27,615 nt of DNA from a virus (Duplodnaviria; Heunggongvirae; Uroviricota; Caudoviricetes): IMG/VR virus record IMGVR_UViG_3300045996_003062, positions 69,551 through 97,165 of that record, one strand, 5' to 3'. The first letter of the stretch is position 1. Each line of letters opens with the position of its first letter. Of this stretch, positions 1-7,847 are shown piece after piece. Under the pieces are notes generated by a model that searched no databases, was not told where the DNA came from, and worked only from the letters and a program-made list of their open reading frames with translations. Both the position numbers and the translations under genes were made by a program.

Positions 1-573
1 AGCCGGTACGCCAAGATATTCGAGCGGACGGAAAGGCTGCTCGTTTGGATGCTGGACCGCCTCGCCGAGGTGGCCCCGGTCCAGGGCGTTGTCGTGCCCG
101 GGAACCATGACCGCATCACTGCCTTCACGCTCGGAAGGGTGCTGAACGCGAGGTACCACCGCGACGCCCGCGTCGAGATCGACTGCACCCCAAAGCTGCG
201 GAAGTACATCCGCTACGGCTGCAACCTGATCGGCTACACGCACGGCAATGAAGAGAAGCACGCGGACCTTCCCCTCATCATGGCACAGGAGTGCCCGCAG
301 GACTGGGCCGCCACTCGTCATCGCGAGTTCCACGTAGGCCATCTGCACAAGGCCAAGGAGACGCGCTACACCGCGGGCGATTCCTTCAATGGGGTGCGGG
401 TGAAGATTATTCCATCATTGACAAGCAGCGATTTCTGGCACTATGCCAAGGGGTATGTCCACGAGCGAAAGGCCGCTGAAGCCTATGTGTGGTCTCACGA
501 TGCTGGCTACGTCGGCCACTTCTCGTCCTCGCCGCCAAGCGGTGCGGCGGAGCGGCTACGGCAGGCGGCGTGA
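1..573 (+). CDS. Calcineurin-like metallophosphoesterase, phage type (5' partial)
   Basis: Frame open from base 1 to TGA 573; motifs PGNHD, YTHG and HVGHLH are metallophosphoesterase motifs III-V. Confidence 0.85.
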   Translation, partial: SRYAKIFERTERLLVWMLDRLAEVAPVQGVVVPGNHDRITAFTLGRVLNARYHRDARVEIDCTPKLRKYIRYGCNLIGYTHGNEEKHADLPLIMAQECPQDWAATRHREFHVGHLHKAKETRYTAGDSFNGVRVKIIPSLTSSDFWHYAKGYVHERKAAEAYVWSHDAGYVGHFSSSPPSGAAERLRQAA

Positions 574-596
574 AGCGGCCGGGGCCGCCCTCCCTC

Positions 597-803
597 TCAG
601 GAGAACGGCCCCGGCTCGTGCAGGTCCAGCGTCTTCATGTGCTCCTGGACGTGCGGCCCTACGCGACGCGGCCCTCCGACCTTCATCCAGTCCTGTAGGC
701 GGGTGCGCCCGCATCCGAGGCGCCGCGCGCACGCCGTGACGCTGCCGCCGTGGCGCTCTACCCAAGCCCGGACGTCGGCGGCGGTCCAACGCGCGTCCGT
801 CAC
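597..803 (-). CDS. Small HTH DNA-binding protein (68 aa)
   Basis: GTG overlaps the TGA of the upstream gene (GTGA); HGGSVTACARRLGCGRTRLQDW is a Cro-like helix-turn-helix. Confidence 0.7.
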   Translation of the reverse strand: MTDARWTAADVRAWVERHGGSVTACARRLGCGRTRLQDWMKVGGPRRVGPHVQEHMKTLDLHEPGPFS

Positions 804-1243
804 GCGGCGTCCACCATGGCGGTGTAGAGCGCAGCCCGGTCCGGCGTCGTGTCGCCGCGGGCTGCCAGCCGTGCGAAGACGCCTGCCGCCAAGCGACGCT
901 GCGCCGCCCGGTTGGAGTCGGTCTGCGCCGACGGGAGCGCGACGGCGAGCGTAAGCGCCAGATCCTCCACCATCTCGGCGGGAAGCGCGGATGCGTGCGC
1001 GTTCAGCGCCCGGCCGACTGCCCCCGCCAGCTCCGTCAGGGCACGGCCATCGTCGTCGGGCCCGGCTGACATCCCGGCGTAGCGGAGGGCACCCGCGAGG
1101 GCCGCGGCGCTCCACTGGTCGAACGGTCCGTCCGCAAGGACGGCGGGCCACGCAGCGCGGTCCAGCAGCGTCGGGAGCAGCGTCCAGGCGATGAGCGTGG
1201 ACTGGCCCTCGGAAAGCTCGGCGAGCGTGTACCCGTCGCTCAT
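800..1243 (-). CDS. Hypothetical helical protein (147 aa)
   Basis: ORF track; Ala/Leu-rich; stop coupled to the next gene. Confidence 0.75.
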   Translation of the reverse strand: MSDGYTLAELSEGQSTLIAWTLLPTLLDRAAWPAVLADGPFDQWSAAALAGALRYAGMSAGPDDDGRALTELAGAVGRALNAHASALPAEMVEDLALTLAVALPSAQTDSNRAAQRRLAAGVFARLAARGDTTPDRAALYTAMVDAA

Positions 1244-1395
1244 CGTCGTTGCGCCCCTTCCGTGTGGCCCCTGTCTCGCCGGGTCCGCCCGCGCCGCGGA
1301 TCGTCGTCCGCGTGAGTCACAGTATGTGTCTCCATTGGAGACACGTCAAGGGTGACGTTCGGCGCCCACGGCCGTTCGCGGTTGCTGCACATATC

Positions 1396-1425
1396 GAGGG
1401 GGCTGACGACAGCGTCAGCCCCCTC
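1396..1425. terminator. Perfect 13-bp hairpin, possible terminator or processing site
   Basis: GAGGGGGCTGACG-ACAG-CGTCAGCCCCCTC lies 4 nt past the stop of 1429..1962. No U-tract on the - strand; CGTTT follows on the + strand. Confidence 0.55.
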
Positions 1426-1428
1426 CGT

Positions 1429-1962
1429 TTAGACCGCGGTCCGGCGGGCGATGCGGACGACAGGCACGGCACTCGGCGAGAACCACGCCGAGGTCGCGGA
1501 CGCTGGCCGCGGGAGCGCCCTGCTTTCCACCTCCGCCCACGCACCGGCGCCCATGACGAGAAACGAGGTGCGAGGCCGGTGGCGTTCCATCTCGGACTTG
1601 ATGGCTTCCGCCCGCGTGCCGAAGTAGATGTCCACCACCTCCGTCCACGGCCCGCCATCGCGTCCGCGCACCACCTCGATGCACTCCATCGCAGGGGCGT
1701 CTTCGTCCACGATCCAGACGGGCGGCGGCGAGAACCGCTTCGCAAGCGCAGACAGCTCGGCGAGCATGTCCGGAGCGGAGTCGGCCCACTGCTTACCCGA
1801 TGTGGCCGTGGCCGTCGCGAGCGGCGTCGCCGGCGCCCCGAGCGCGGCAGTGTGACGCCGGTCCATCGCGCACGCTACCTCTCTCATCAGGGCCCGCATC
1901 ACTTCGGGCGGCAGATCCGTGTGGGGAGGCGAGATCACCAGGCTGGAAGTCGTGATCTTCAT
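1429..1962 (-). CDS. Hypothetical protein (177 aa, MKITTSS...)
   Basis: 3' part of the listed 301-aa ORF; ATG 1962 overlaps TGA 1959 of the upstream gene (ATGA). Confidence 0.75.
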   Translation of the reverse strand: MKITTSSLVISPPHTDLPPEVMRALMREVACAMDRRHTAALGAPATPLATATATSGKQWADSAPDMLAELSALAKRFSPPPVWIVDEDAPAMECIEVVRGRDGGPWTEVVDIYFGTRAEAIKSEMERHRPRTSFLVMGAGAWAEVESRALPRPASATSAWFSPSAVPVVRIARRTAV

Positions 1963-2474
1963 GGCCGTCGGGTGAACGGAGTGAGCCACGGCGTGCCACG
2001 GATAACTGGTGCCGGGAACGCGTCGGGCGGGTTTGGAACGCCGCACGTGAGACAGCACCCCGCCAGGCGGTGCCAGTGATGGCCGTGTATCGCGCACTGG
2101 AGTTGGGCTTGGAAGGCCGCCTCGCGGAGATGGCGCACCGTGCTTGGCCCCAGCCCAGCGGCTCGGAGCGCAGCCATGGCCGCAGCCGCATCCCGTCCGT
2201 GTAGCCAGCAGGCCACCCACAGGACGCGCCAGTTGACACCGTAGCGCTTGCCGATCCGCTGTGCTTGGACGCGGGCCTTCCGCAGCCGCTTGCGGGTCTG
2301 GCGCCGCGGACGGGCCTCGTAGGTCGCCGTCCATCCGGCAGGCGTGGCGACGGGTGCGTCGGCCTCAGCCTCCTCGCGGAAAGGCGAGTCCGCAGGGAGG
2401 AGCGCCCCGAGTCCCGACCACACATCCTCGCCTCCCCCGATCTCCAGCAGAACGCCGCTATACACGCGGACCAT
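1959..2474 (-). CDS. Hypothetical protein with C-terminal His/Cys cluster (171 aa)
   Basis: GAGGGAGGG RBS before ATG; C-terminal CAIHGHHWH...CCLTC may bind metal. Confidence 0.7.
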   Translation of the reverse strand: MVRVYSGVLLEIGGGEDVWSGLGALLPADSPFREEAEADAPVATPAGWTATYEARPRRQTRKRLRKARVQAQRIGKRYGVNWRVLWVACWLHGRDAAAAMAALRAAGLGPSTVRHLREAAFQAQLQCAIHGHHWHRLAGCCLTCGVPNPPDAFPAPVIRGTPWLTPFTRRP

Positions 2475-2489
2475 GGCGCCCCTCCCTCG

Positions 2490-2573
2490 TTAGGCCGCGT
2501 AGCGCGCGGCGTCTCTCTCGTTGAGGTCGTACACCACCACGTCCACGCCCGCGTCGCAGAGGTGCCGGCGGCG
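2490..2573 (-). pseudogene. C-terminal remnant of the same macrodomain gene
   Basis: RRHLCDAGVDVVVYDL matches the L-x-x-x-G-[IV]-x-V-x-VYD end of that family; GC returns to flank level. Confidence 0.55.
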
Positions 2574-3623
2574 GTGCGCGGCCACGTCAAGGCACAGGGT
2601 CACGAAGTCTCGCATGGAGTATGTGAGGCGCATTGAGTTCAATTTCCCGTGCACCAGTTGAATGTTATCGGCGTGGTATCCCCGCTCGCCGTTGATGCGG
2701 TCGATAGAGGCTGTGGTTTTTCCGCCGCAACTGGCGAACTCGATCGGAAGGCCGGAGATCGCGCACCGCTTACCTTGCGTCAGGTACAATGCCCAGACGG
2801 ACTCAATTGACAAGTCGAACGCCAGTCCCCGCGCTGCGGCCTTCGCGACCTTGTGTGACCACCAACGACCGCGAATCTCCATGAAGCCGGTGAACTGCGG
2901 ACTCGCTGCCCCCGTCAGCCATCTGGAGGAGGCGCGCGGACGCATCGCTTGGTCGCCGGTGGGTTCGGTGGGTCTAAATCCGCTCTGGAAGCGTGCGACG
3001 TGGCGACACAGATCAACATACTCCGCTACTCCCAACCGTCCTTTGGTCAGGTTCACCATCCGGTCAACCCACGCCACGTTGCCGCGGACGTATCCTACGC
3101 CGCTATCTATCCGGTCGAGGGAGGCGTTGCCTTGGCGCGACAGATTGAGCGATCGCCCGGACAGCGGGCAAGTCCCTCCCTGCGCTTGAAAGAGAAGCCA
3201 AGCATCCTTTGGCGTTATCGTCAGTTCCAATCCTCGGTCCCGAGCCCCGGCGCGAATCCCCGTCCAACGCGTTCCGCTTAACCCGCCGTATCCGGTATAC
3301 GATGGGCTGCTAGACCCGGTCATCTTCGCGTACTGATCGCGACGACATCCGCACGACGTGGTCGCACCGCGGCGCAAACTAGCGACGTGGATCGCCTTCG
3401 CTCCGCCACAGTCGCACTCACACCTCGCGTACCACTTGTACAGCCCGCGCGGACCGCTGCGGCGTTCCATCGCGACAACGATCAACAGACCGAACCGCTG
3501 CCCCCTCATATCGGGGTCGGGTGGGCCGCCCTGCCTTTCGCGCTTCTTTGCCTTCACCGGACGTCCGTCCCTCTCTGGAGAGGTGGCGTCTCCGATACGG
3601 TAGGTGAGGGAGCCGGGAGTCAT
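2490..3623 (-). CDS. Tandem His-Me finger (HNH-like) endonuclease fused in frame to macrodomain N- and C-terminal remnants (377 aa)
   Basis: ATG 3623 overlaps upstream TGA 3620. N-terminal GQRFGLL...CECDCG...SCGC module plus two copies of Q-G-x-C-x-[LI]SG...AS[LI]DRI[DN]xxxGY..xN...N. Ends resemble a macrodomain (LTYRIGDATSP; LCDAGVDVVVYDL). Confidence 0.85.
   Translation of the reverse strand: MTPGSLTYRIGDATSPERDGRPVKAKKRERQGGPPDPDMRGQRFGLLIVVAMERRSGPRGLYKWYARCECDCGGAKAIHVASLRRGATTSCGCRRDQYAKMTGSSSPSYTGYGGLSGTRWTGIRAGARDRGLELTITPKDAWLLFQAQGGTCPLSGRSLNLSRQGNASLDRIDSGVGYVRGNVAWVDRMVNLTKGRLGVAEYVDLCRHVARFQSGFRPTEPTGDQAMRPRASSRWLTGAASPQFTGFMEIRGRWWSHKVAKAAARGLAFDLSIESVWALYLTQGKRCAISGLPIEFASCGGKTTASIDRINGERGYHADNIQLVHGKLNSMRLTYSMRDFVTLCLDVAAHRRRHLCDAGVDVVVYDLNERDAARYAA
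2574..3557 (-). mobile_element. Putative homing-endonuclease cassette (approximate boundaries)
   Basis: Lower GC than flanks (hand count 34/60 at 2641-2700 versus 46/60 at 2281-2340); has its own GTG at 3557 with GAGAGGGA 10 nt upstream. Confidence 0.65.
3558..3623 (-). pseudogene. N-terminal remnant of a macrodomain (ADP-ribose-binding) gene
   Basis: MTPGSLTYRIGDATSPERDGRP matches the I-x-Y-x-x-GDAT-x-P start of small bacterial and phage macro proteins (recalled pattern). Confidence 0.6.
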
Positions 3624-3793
3624 GCGGGCTGAACCTCCGTCCAGACGTAGGTGGCGTGGTCCGCAGAGAGGACGTAGGCGAAGGCGTCCCAGTCGCGGTG
3701 AGAGAGGGTGCGCTCCCATCCCCTCGCTCCGCTGTACGCCGGTCGCAACTCGCCGTCCAGCGGGCCTCCGATGCACTCAGCGTGTGGCGGCAT
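3620..3793 (-). CDS. Hypothetical protein (57 aa, MPPHAECIGGPLDG...)
   Basis: GAGGA RBS before ATG 3793; GGPLDG motif common in small phage proteins; stop coupled to ATG 3623. Confidence 0.7.
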   Translation of the reverse strand: MPPHAECIGGPLDGELRPAYSGARGWERTLSHRDWDAFAYVLSADHATYVWTEVQPA

Positions 3794-4124
3794 AATCCTC
3801 GTCCTCCGTGTGCTGGGATTGGGGGACGTCTCGCCCCTTGCGGGCGGACGGCGGCAGCAGGAACAGGTTGCCGTCCTTCGCCACGAGATGATACCAATGC
3901 ATGCCCCTGACGTCGTAGTGCCAGTGACCGCCCCACTTCCGCCACCACTCCCGGTGAACGACCTCGTCCCCGTCCACGATGGCCCGGACATGAACCACAT
4001 GGTTGTTGGGGTTGTCCTCGCCCCACCACCAATGGAAGGAGGCGCCTGGGACGACGACGCTCTCCACCTCTTCAGGGAGCACGAGCCGCCCGCGTGGTGC
4101 ACTCGCGGTTCGCCGGGGTTTCAC
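3777..4124 (-). CDS. Trp/His-rich hypothetical protein (115 aa)
   Basis: GTG 4124 overlaps TGA 4121; NPNNHVVHVRAIVD...WWRKW..W.Y pattern. Confidence 0.75.
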   Translation of the reverse strand: MKPRRTASAPRGRLVLPEEVESVVVPGASFHWWWGEDNPNNHVVHVRAIVDGDEVVHREWWRKWGGHWHYDVRGMHWYHLVAKDGNLFLLPPSARKGRDVPQSQHTEDEDYAATR

Positions 4125-4399
4125 GCGCCCACCTTCAGCGCAGCGCGTCCCGCAGGGGAGATGCGAAGCCGGGGCATGTCGCCGGGGACGGCCCATGGGT
4201 ACAGGAGCCCAGCCGCAACGAGCCTCGCTTCAGCCGCTACGAGCTCGTGCCGGTAGTGCAGTGGGTCGGCGGCGTAGATCGGGCCGCAGGCCGCGTAGGT
4301 TCGGAGCACGGCCATCTCGTCAGGCGACACGAGGGCGGCCACACACCCGGCCTGCCGCTTCAGGCGCGCCACCTCGTCGGCGTGCGTTTCGTCGCTCAT
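4121..4399 (-). CDS. Hypothetical protein, possible winged-HTH (92 aa)
   Basis: ATGA coupling at 4396-4399 with GAGGGG RBS; LVAAGLL...RISPAGRAAL is wHTH-like. Confidence 0.75.
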   Translation of the reverse strand: MSDETHADEVARLKRQAGCVAALVSPDEMAVLRTYAACGPIYAADPLHYRHELVAAEARLVAAGLLYPWAVPGDMPRLRISPAGRAALKVGA

Positions 4400-4833
4400 C
4401 CGCCCCTCCCGCTGCGACCGGCTTCTCGCTCGCGCATGATGCGGGCGCGTAGTCCCTCGGGGACCGTAGGCTCTGACGCGCCAGTACGGTCGCACGTGTA
4501 GGAGTCCGCGACGCCTGAGCTGGTGCCCCGCACCCACGTCCAGACGCCGGACTCCGCGACGACGCGCCACCCAGCATCCTCCGCCCACGCGGTCCACAGG
4601 CGGTTGGAGGGCTCCACCTCGAACCGCGTCGGCCCGTCCGTGTACGTTACGACGTCCCAGTCGGGATGGACGCGGCGGCCGTTGAGGTAGTGGACCCTGT
4701 CGGGCTGCGGCATCCCCGCCCGTAACTGCGCCTCCGTCCGCCTCGGCGTCTCGTCCACGAACGTGCGGTCGGCGAGGTCGGGGCGGAAGTCGGCTGCGAC
4801 CTCCCAGGGCTCCACCTCTCTGTGCTCGCTCAC
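4396..4833 (-). CDS. Hypothetical protein (145 aa)
   Basis: GTGA coupling at 4830-4833 with GAGGAGG RBS. Confidence 0.75.
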   Translation of the reverse strand: MSEHREVEPWEVAADFRPDLADRTFVDETPRRTEAQLRAGMPQPDRVHYLNGRRVHPDWDVVTYTDGPTRFEVEPSNRLWTAWAEDAGWRVVAESGVWTWVRGTSSGVADSYTCDRTGASEPTVPEGLRARIMREREAGRSGRGG

Positions 4834-5096
4834 GTCGCCTCCTCGTGGATGACCGTCACGCCAGCCGCGGCGGCCCGGTCCAGAGCATCGCCGACGTCGT
4901 CGCACTGGCGGTGCGTTTTCCCCGTGCTCCACCCCGGGAGCACCAGCACCTCGACGCCGCGGCCGACGCCCCGGAGCTCGTCCGGGCGTGTGAGGTATGT
5001 CGGCGGGTTGGCGAACGTCCGCCCCGCTTCCTCTTGCTGGATGAGCCAGCCGTTGAAGTGGTTCCGGTTCGCCGCCAGGACGTACGTTGTGCTCAT
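4830..5096 (-). CDS. Hypothetical protein (88 aa)
   Basis: ATGA coupling at 5093-5096 with AAGGAGG RBS. Confidence 0.75.
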   Translation of the reverse strand: MSTTYVLAANRNHFNGWLIQQEEAGRTFANPPTYLTRPDELRGVGRGVEVLVLPGWSTGKTHRQCDDVGDALDRAAAAGVTVIHEEAT

Positions 5097-5809
5097 GTCG
5101 CCTCCTTCCGGCGGGCATCCCGCTCGACCTGTAGGCGCTCCCTCAACTCTGGAGTGAGGGTGGGGATGTCGGGCGACGAAGGAGAGGCTGGAGACGCGTA
5201 CTCCAGCATCGGCCCGTACGCAGGGGCGTGGTGTTCGGTCGTGCGCCACTCCCAGCCGCCTGGCGCGGGGTGGACGGTCCACTCGTTCATCAGCGCCCAC
5301 ACCATCAGCTCCGCGTCCTCTTCCCGACGCTTCGCAAGCTTCGCCTGAGCCTTGCGCGTGAGAAGCGACTCCACAAGCCAGAGGATTGCCCGTCCCGGCG
5401 TAATCGGCCGACGCATCCCCTCAAACGCCCAGAGGTTCGAGCGGACCACTCCCTCCGGCAAGCCCCCGTCCCCCTGCTCCTCCGCAACGGAGAACACGCC
5501 ATCGTCCCGCGCGGCCTCCGGGCCAACTCTCGCGGCGCTCATCCCCCGCTCGACGTCCGGAGCGACCGGCGCGGTGCACAGGCGGAGATTCGCGTAGTCG
5601 CCGGCCCGCTCGACCACCTCCACCGTTCGCGTCCACCACCACTCGTCGGCCCCTTCGCCCACCAAGAGGCTTACCACATCGCCAGGTCGCGGGGCGAGGA
5701 ACGCGGCCACGGTGTAGACGGAACGAGCGTCCCGGTTCTGCATCGCCTTCACCACCTCGCCACTCGACAGGCGAAGCCTTACAGCGCGTGGCTCTGCGCG
5801 GGTCTCCAT
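5093..5809 (-). CDS. Hypothetical protein (238 aa)
   Basis: ATG 5809 with GAGGAG upstream; C-terminus resembles that of 4396..4833. Confidence 0.75.
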   Translation of the reverse strand: METRAEPRAVRLRLSSGEVVKAMQNRDARSVYTVAAFLAPRPGDVVSLLVGEGADEWWWTRTVEVVERAGDYANLRLCTAPVAPDVERGMSAARVGPEAARDDGVFSVAEEQGDGGLPEGVVRSNLWAFEGMRRPITPGRAILWLVESLLTRKAQAKLAKRREEDAELMVWALMNEWTVHPAPGGWEWRTTEHHAPAYGPMLEYASPASPSSPDIPTLTPELRERLQVERDARRKEAT

Positions 5810-5813
5810 CTCC

Positions 5814-6005
5814 TCACTCCTCGTTCGTCGTGGTGGCGTTCTCCAGGATGGAGAGGATGGCCCGCAGGTCGCTACCACCTACGTACGGGAGAGCGTTCGC
5901 GATCCGATGGCGGAGGACCGCGTCGTTCAGCCTGTCCAACTCCAGGACGGACAGGAGGCGATAGTTTCGCCCCGGCAGCACGTTCAGCGTCGCGGTCACT
6001 TCCAT
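5814..6005 (-). CDS. Hypothetical protein (63 aa), resembles the C-terminal half of the 6430-7178 paralogs
   Basis: AAGGAGG 10 nt before ATG 6005; DLRAILSILENA versus DLESIVSILDNA. Confidence 0.65.
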   Translation of the reverse strand: MEVTATLNVLPGRNYRLLSVLELDRLNDAVLRHRIANALPYVGGSDLRAILSILENATTTNEE

Positions 6006-6010
6006 CGCTC

Positions 6011-6433
6011 TCACGCCTCCTTGCTGGGGCGTTCCTCCACCGGCGGATAGACCTGTACGAAGGGGGAGCCATAGCCGTACGCGGCTTCCACCAGGTCGGG
6101 GAAAACCCACATCAGCGTCTTTAGCGGGGCCACCTCGGCATCTAGCCCCGCCACCTCCATCGCTCCGCCGAGGATGCCGTCCGGGTGGTAGTCCGTGCCG
6201 AAGCACACGCCGTGCGTCAGGCCCATCCCCATCAGGCGCTCGGCGAGCGCGGCTTCAAAGACGCGGATCACTTCCTCCGTGGGGCGTTGCTTGGCGGAGC
6301 GGGAGACGATGTTCAGCACATCCCCGAACCCATCGCCCATCCGGCCCGGCGCGCCCTCACGAAACCGGTCGCCCCACCACTTCGCCGCGGCGGTGAACGC
6401 CGCGCTGCGGTCCGCCACGGTGCCGGTGCTCAC
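6011..6433 (-). CDS. Conserved phage protein (140 aa)
   Basis: GTGA coupling; AAKWW...GTDYHPD...KTLMW...AYGYG pattern recalled from phage hypotheticals. Confidence 0.85.
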   Translation of the reverse strand: MSTGTVADRSAAFTAAAKWWGDRFREGAPGRMGDGFGDVLNIVSRSAKQRPTEEVIRVFEAALAERLMGMGLTHGVCFGTDYHPDGILGGAMEVAGLDAEVAPLKTLMWVFPDLVEAAYGYGSPFVQVYPPVEERPSKEA

Positions 6434-6798
6434 GGCTGGCCTCCCTTCGCTCGTTCGATGATGGCGGCGATCTCCTCCAGAGCTTCAGTAGACAGAGAGC
6501 GCCAGGCCGCGCGATCCATCGCACACACCACGTCTAGCGCTTCGGCAACCCGGGCGCCATCGCGGATGGCATCGGTCATCGGAACGAGCCGCGGACGGTC
6601 AGGGAAGGACCGATTCGCAGAGCCGATCACGGTCCCGTCGTCTCGCTTGAACCGGATTCGTCGCGCGATGATCTGCGTCGGGAGAATCCGCTCGACCGTC
6701 CCCCGCTCGAAGATGAAGCGCCCGAGTTGCCAACGCTTGATCGCCACCTCGTCGCCGACCTCCAGGTCGGCCAGCCACGCCGTCAGGTTTTCGCTCAC
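6430..6798 (-). CDS. SH3/KOW-like phage protein, paralog A (122 aa)
   Basis: GTGA coupling at 6795-6798; WLADLEVGDEV...PTQII...RFKRDDG. Confidence 0.85.
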   Translation of the reverse strand: MSENLTAWLADLEVGDEVAIKRWQLGRFIFERGTVERILPTQIIARRIRFKRDDGTVIGSANRSFPDRPRLVPMTDAIRDGARVAEALDVVCAMDRAAWRSLSTEALEEIAAIIERAKGGQP

Positions 6799-7178
6799 GT
6801 CCTCTGCCTCGCGTTGTCCAGGATGGAGACGATGGACTCCAGATCGTCGGTCGGGAGCCATCCCCAACTGCTGCCGCGGTCGGTAGCCCGGGCAATGCGC
6901 TCCACCAAGTTGCGGCGCTTCGCGGCCTCGCGAATCAGAGCGGCGGCCCTTGGCGTGGCGGGATGGATTCTTCGGTACGTAAAGGTGTCGGCACCAACAT
7001 CCTCCCCATCTCGCTTTCGGAAGCGGGCGCCGCCCTTCAACACGACCTGGGTCGCGGTCAGCCGCGTCACCTCGACCAGCGCGTCCGTCGTGGAGCCACG
7101 CATGGCGGAGGACGTCTTCAGCACTACCTCGTCTCCCACCTTCAGGGAGTCCAGCCACTCGCGCGTCGTCTCAGCCAT
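6795..7178 (-). CDS. SH3/KOW-like phage protein, paralog B (127 aa)
   Basis: GAGG RBS before ATG 7178; WLDSLKVGDEV...ATQVV...RFRKRDG. Confidence 0.85.
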   Translation of the reverse strand: MAETTREWLDSLKVGDEVVLKTSSAMRGSTTDALVEVTRLTATQVVLKGGARFRKRDGEDVGADTFTYRRIHPATPRAAALIREAAKRRNLVERIARATDRGSSWGWLPTDDLESIVSILDNARQRT

Positions 7179-7386
7179 CCTGCACCTCACACGTCTTACA
7201 GATGCGCTTCCGTCCGTAGGTGTACCACGAGCGGATGCGGGAACACGAGGGCGACGTGCAGACGCGGAGGCCGCAGGCGAAGCACTCCGCTCGGGCGGCG
7301 ACGGGCGACTCCACATGCGGAGGTGACTTACACCAGTCGCTACCCACGACGCTGCACGTCTCAACCTGGCTCCATGCGCTACCCAT
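7171..7386 (-). CDS. Cys-rich zinc-binding protein (71 aa)
   Basis: GGAGG RBS; CxxC pairs CFAC and CKTC plus CTSPSC. Confidence 0.7.
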   Translation of the reverse strand: MGSAWSQVETCSVVGSDWCKSPPHVESPVAARAECFACGLRVCTSPSCSRIRSWYTYGRKRICKTCEVQDG

Positions 7387-7594
7387 CGCGTCCTCCGTTC
7401 GCCTGCCGGAACCAGCACATCGGGCAGAGAGTGCGCCGTACGGTGAATGGGGCGAGCGGCGTTCGGGCGAGGCCGCCACCATCCTGCCGCGGCTCGTCGT
7501 TCCTGTCGCACCACGCATCCAGCAGCTCGTCCCGCTTCCCTCGCCAGCCGCATCCGGTGCACGTCAGCGTCTCGGGCTCAGCCGTCGGACGCAT
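7379..7594 (-). CDS. Zinc-ribbon protein (71 aa)
   Basis: GGAGG RBS before ATG 7594; CTGC...CPMC. Confidence 0.7.
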   Translation of the reverse strand: MRPTAEPETLTCTGCGWRGKRDELLDAWCDRNDEPRQDGGGLARTPLAPFTVRRTLCPMCWFRQANGGRDG

Positions 7595-7847
7595 CGCGCC
7601 CTCCCTTCCTGCGGGAAGCTCCGCCGCGCCCCACCGCGGCATCCTCCGCTCTCGCCTTCACGCACCCCGGGCGCATACATGGGATGCCGACGCGCACGTC
7701 GTCGGTCCACTCGCCGATAGCGTCGATCCGGCTTCCGCACGCAGTGACAGCACCACGCACGAACTCGCCAGGCTCGCGAAGCACGTGGACGCCGTAGCTC
7801 CAGAGCGACATCACAAGCTTCGGTCGAACGCCGGACACCTCAGCCAT
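7578..7847 (-). CDS. Hypothetical protein (89 aa)
   Basis: GGAGGG RBS; H..TACG...CMRPGC; overlaps both neighbours in operon style. Confidence 0.6.
   Translation of the reverse strand: MAEVSGVRPKLVMSLWSYGVHVLREPGEFVRGAVTACGSRIDAIGEWTDDVRVGIPCMRPGCVKARAEDAAVGRGGASRRKGGRDASDG

Noticed and set aside
575-588. GCGGC-CGGG-GCCGC hairpin between convergent genes
   Set aside because: A 5-bp stem with no U-tract is expected by chance at this GC content.
1240-1392. 50-aa minus-strand ORF whose TGA overlaps ATG 1243
   Set aside because: Coupling fits but composition is low complexity and there is no clear RBS; cannot be supported.
2490-3623. Intein or self-splicing intron restoring a macrodomain protein
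   Set aside because: No Cys/Ser...His-Asn intein ends, and the flanking remnants total only ~50 aa, too little for a macrodomain.
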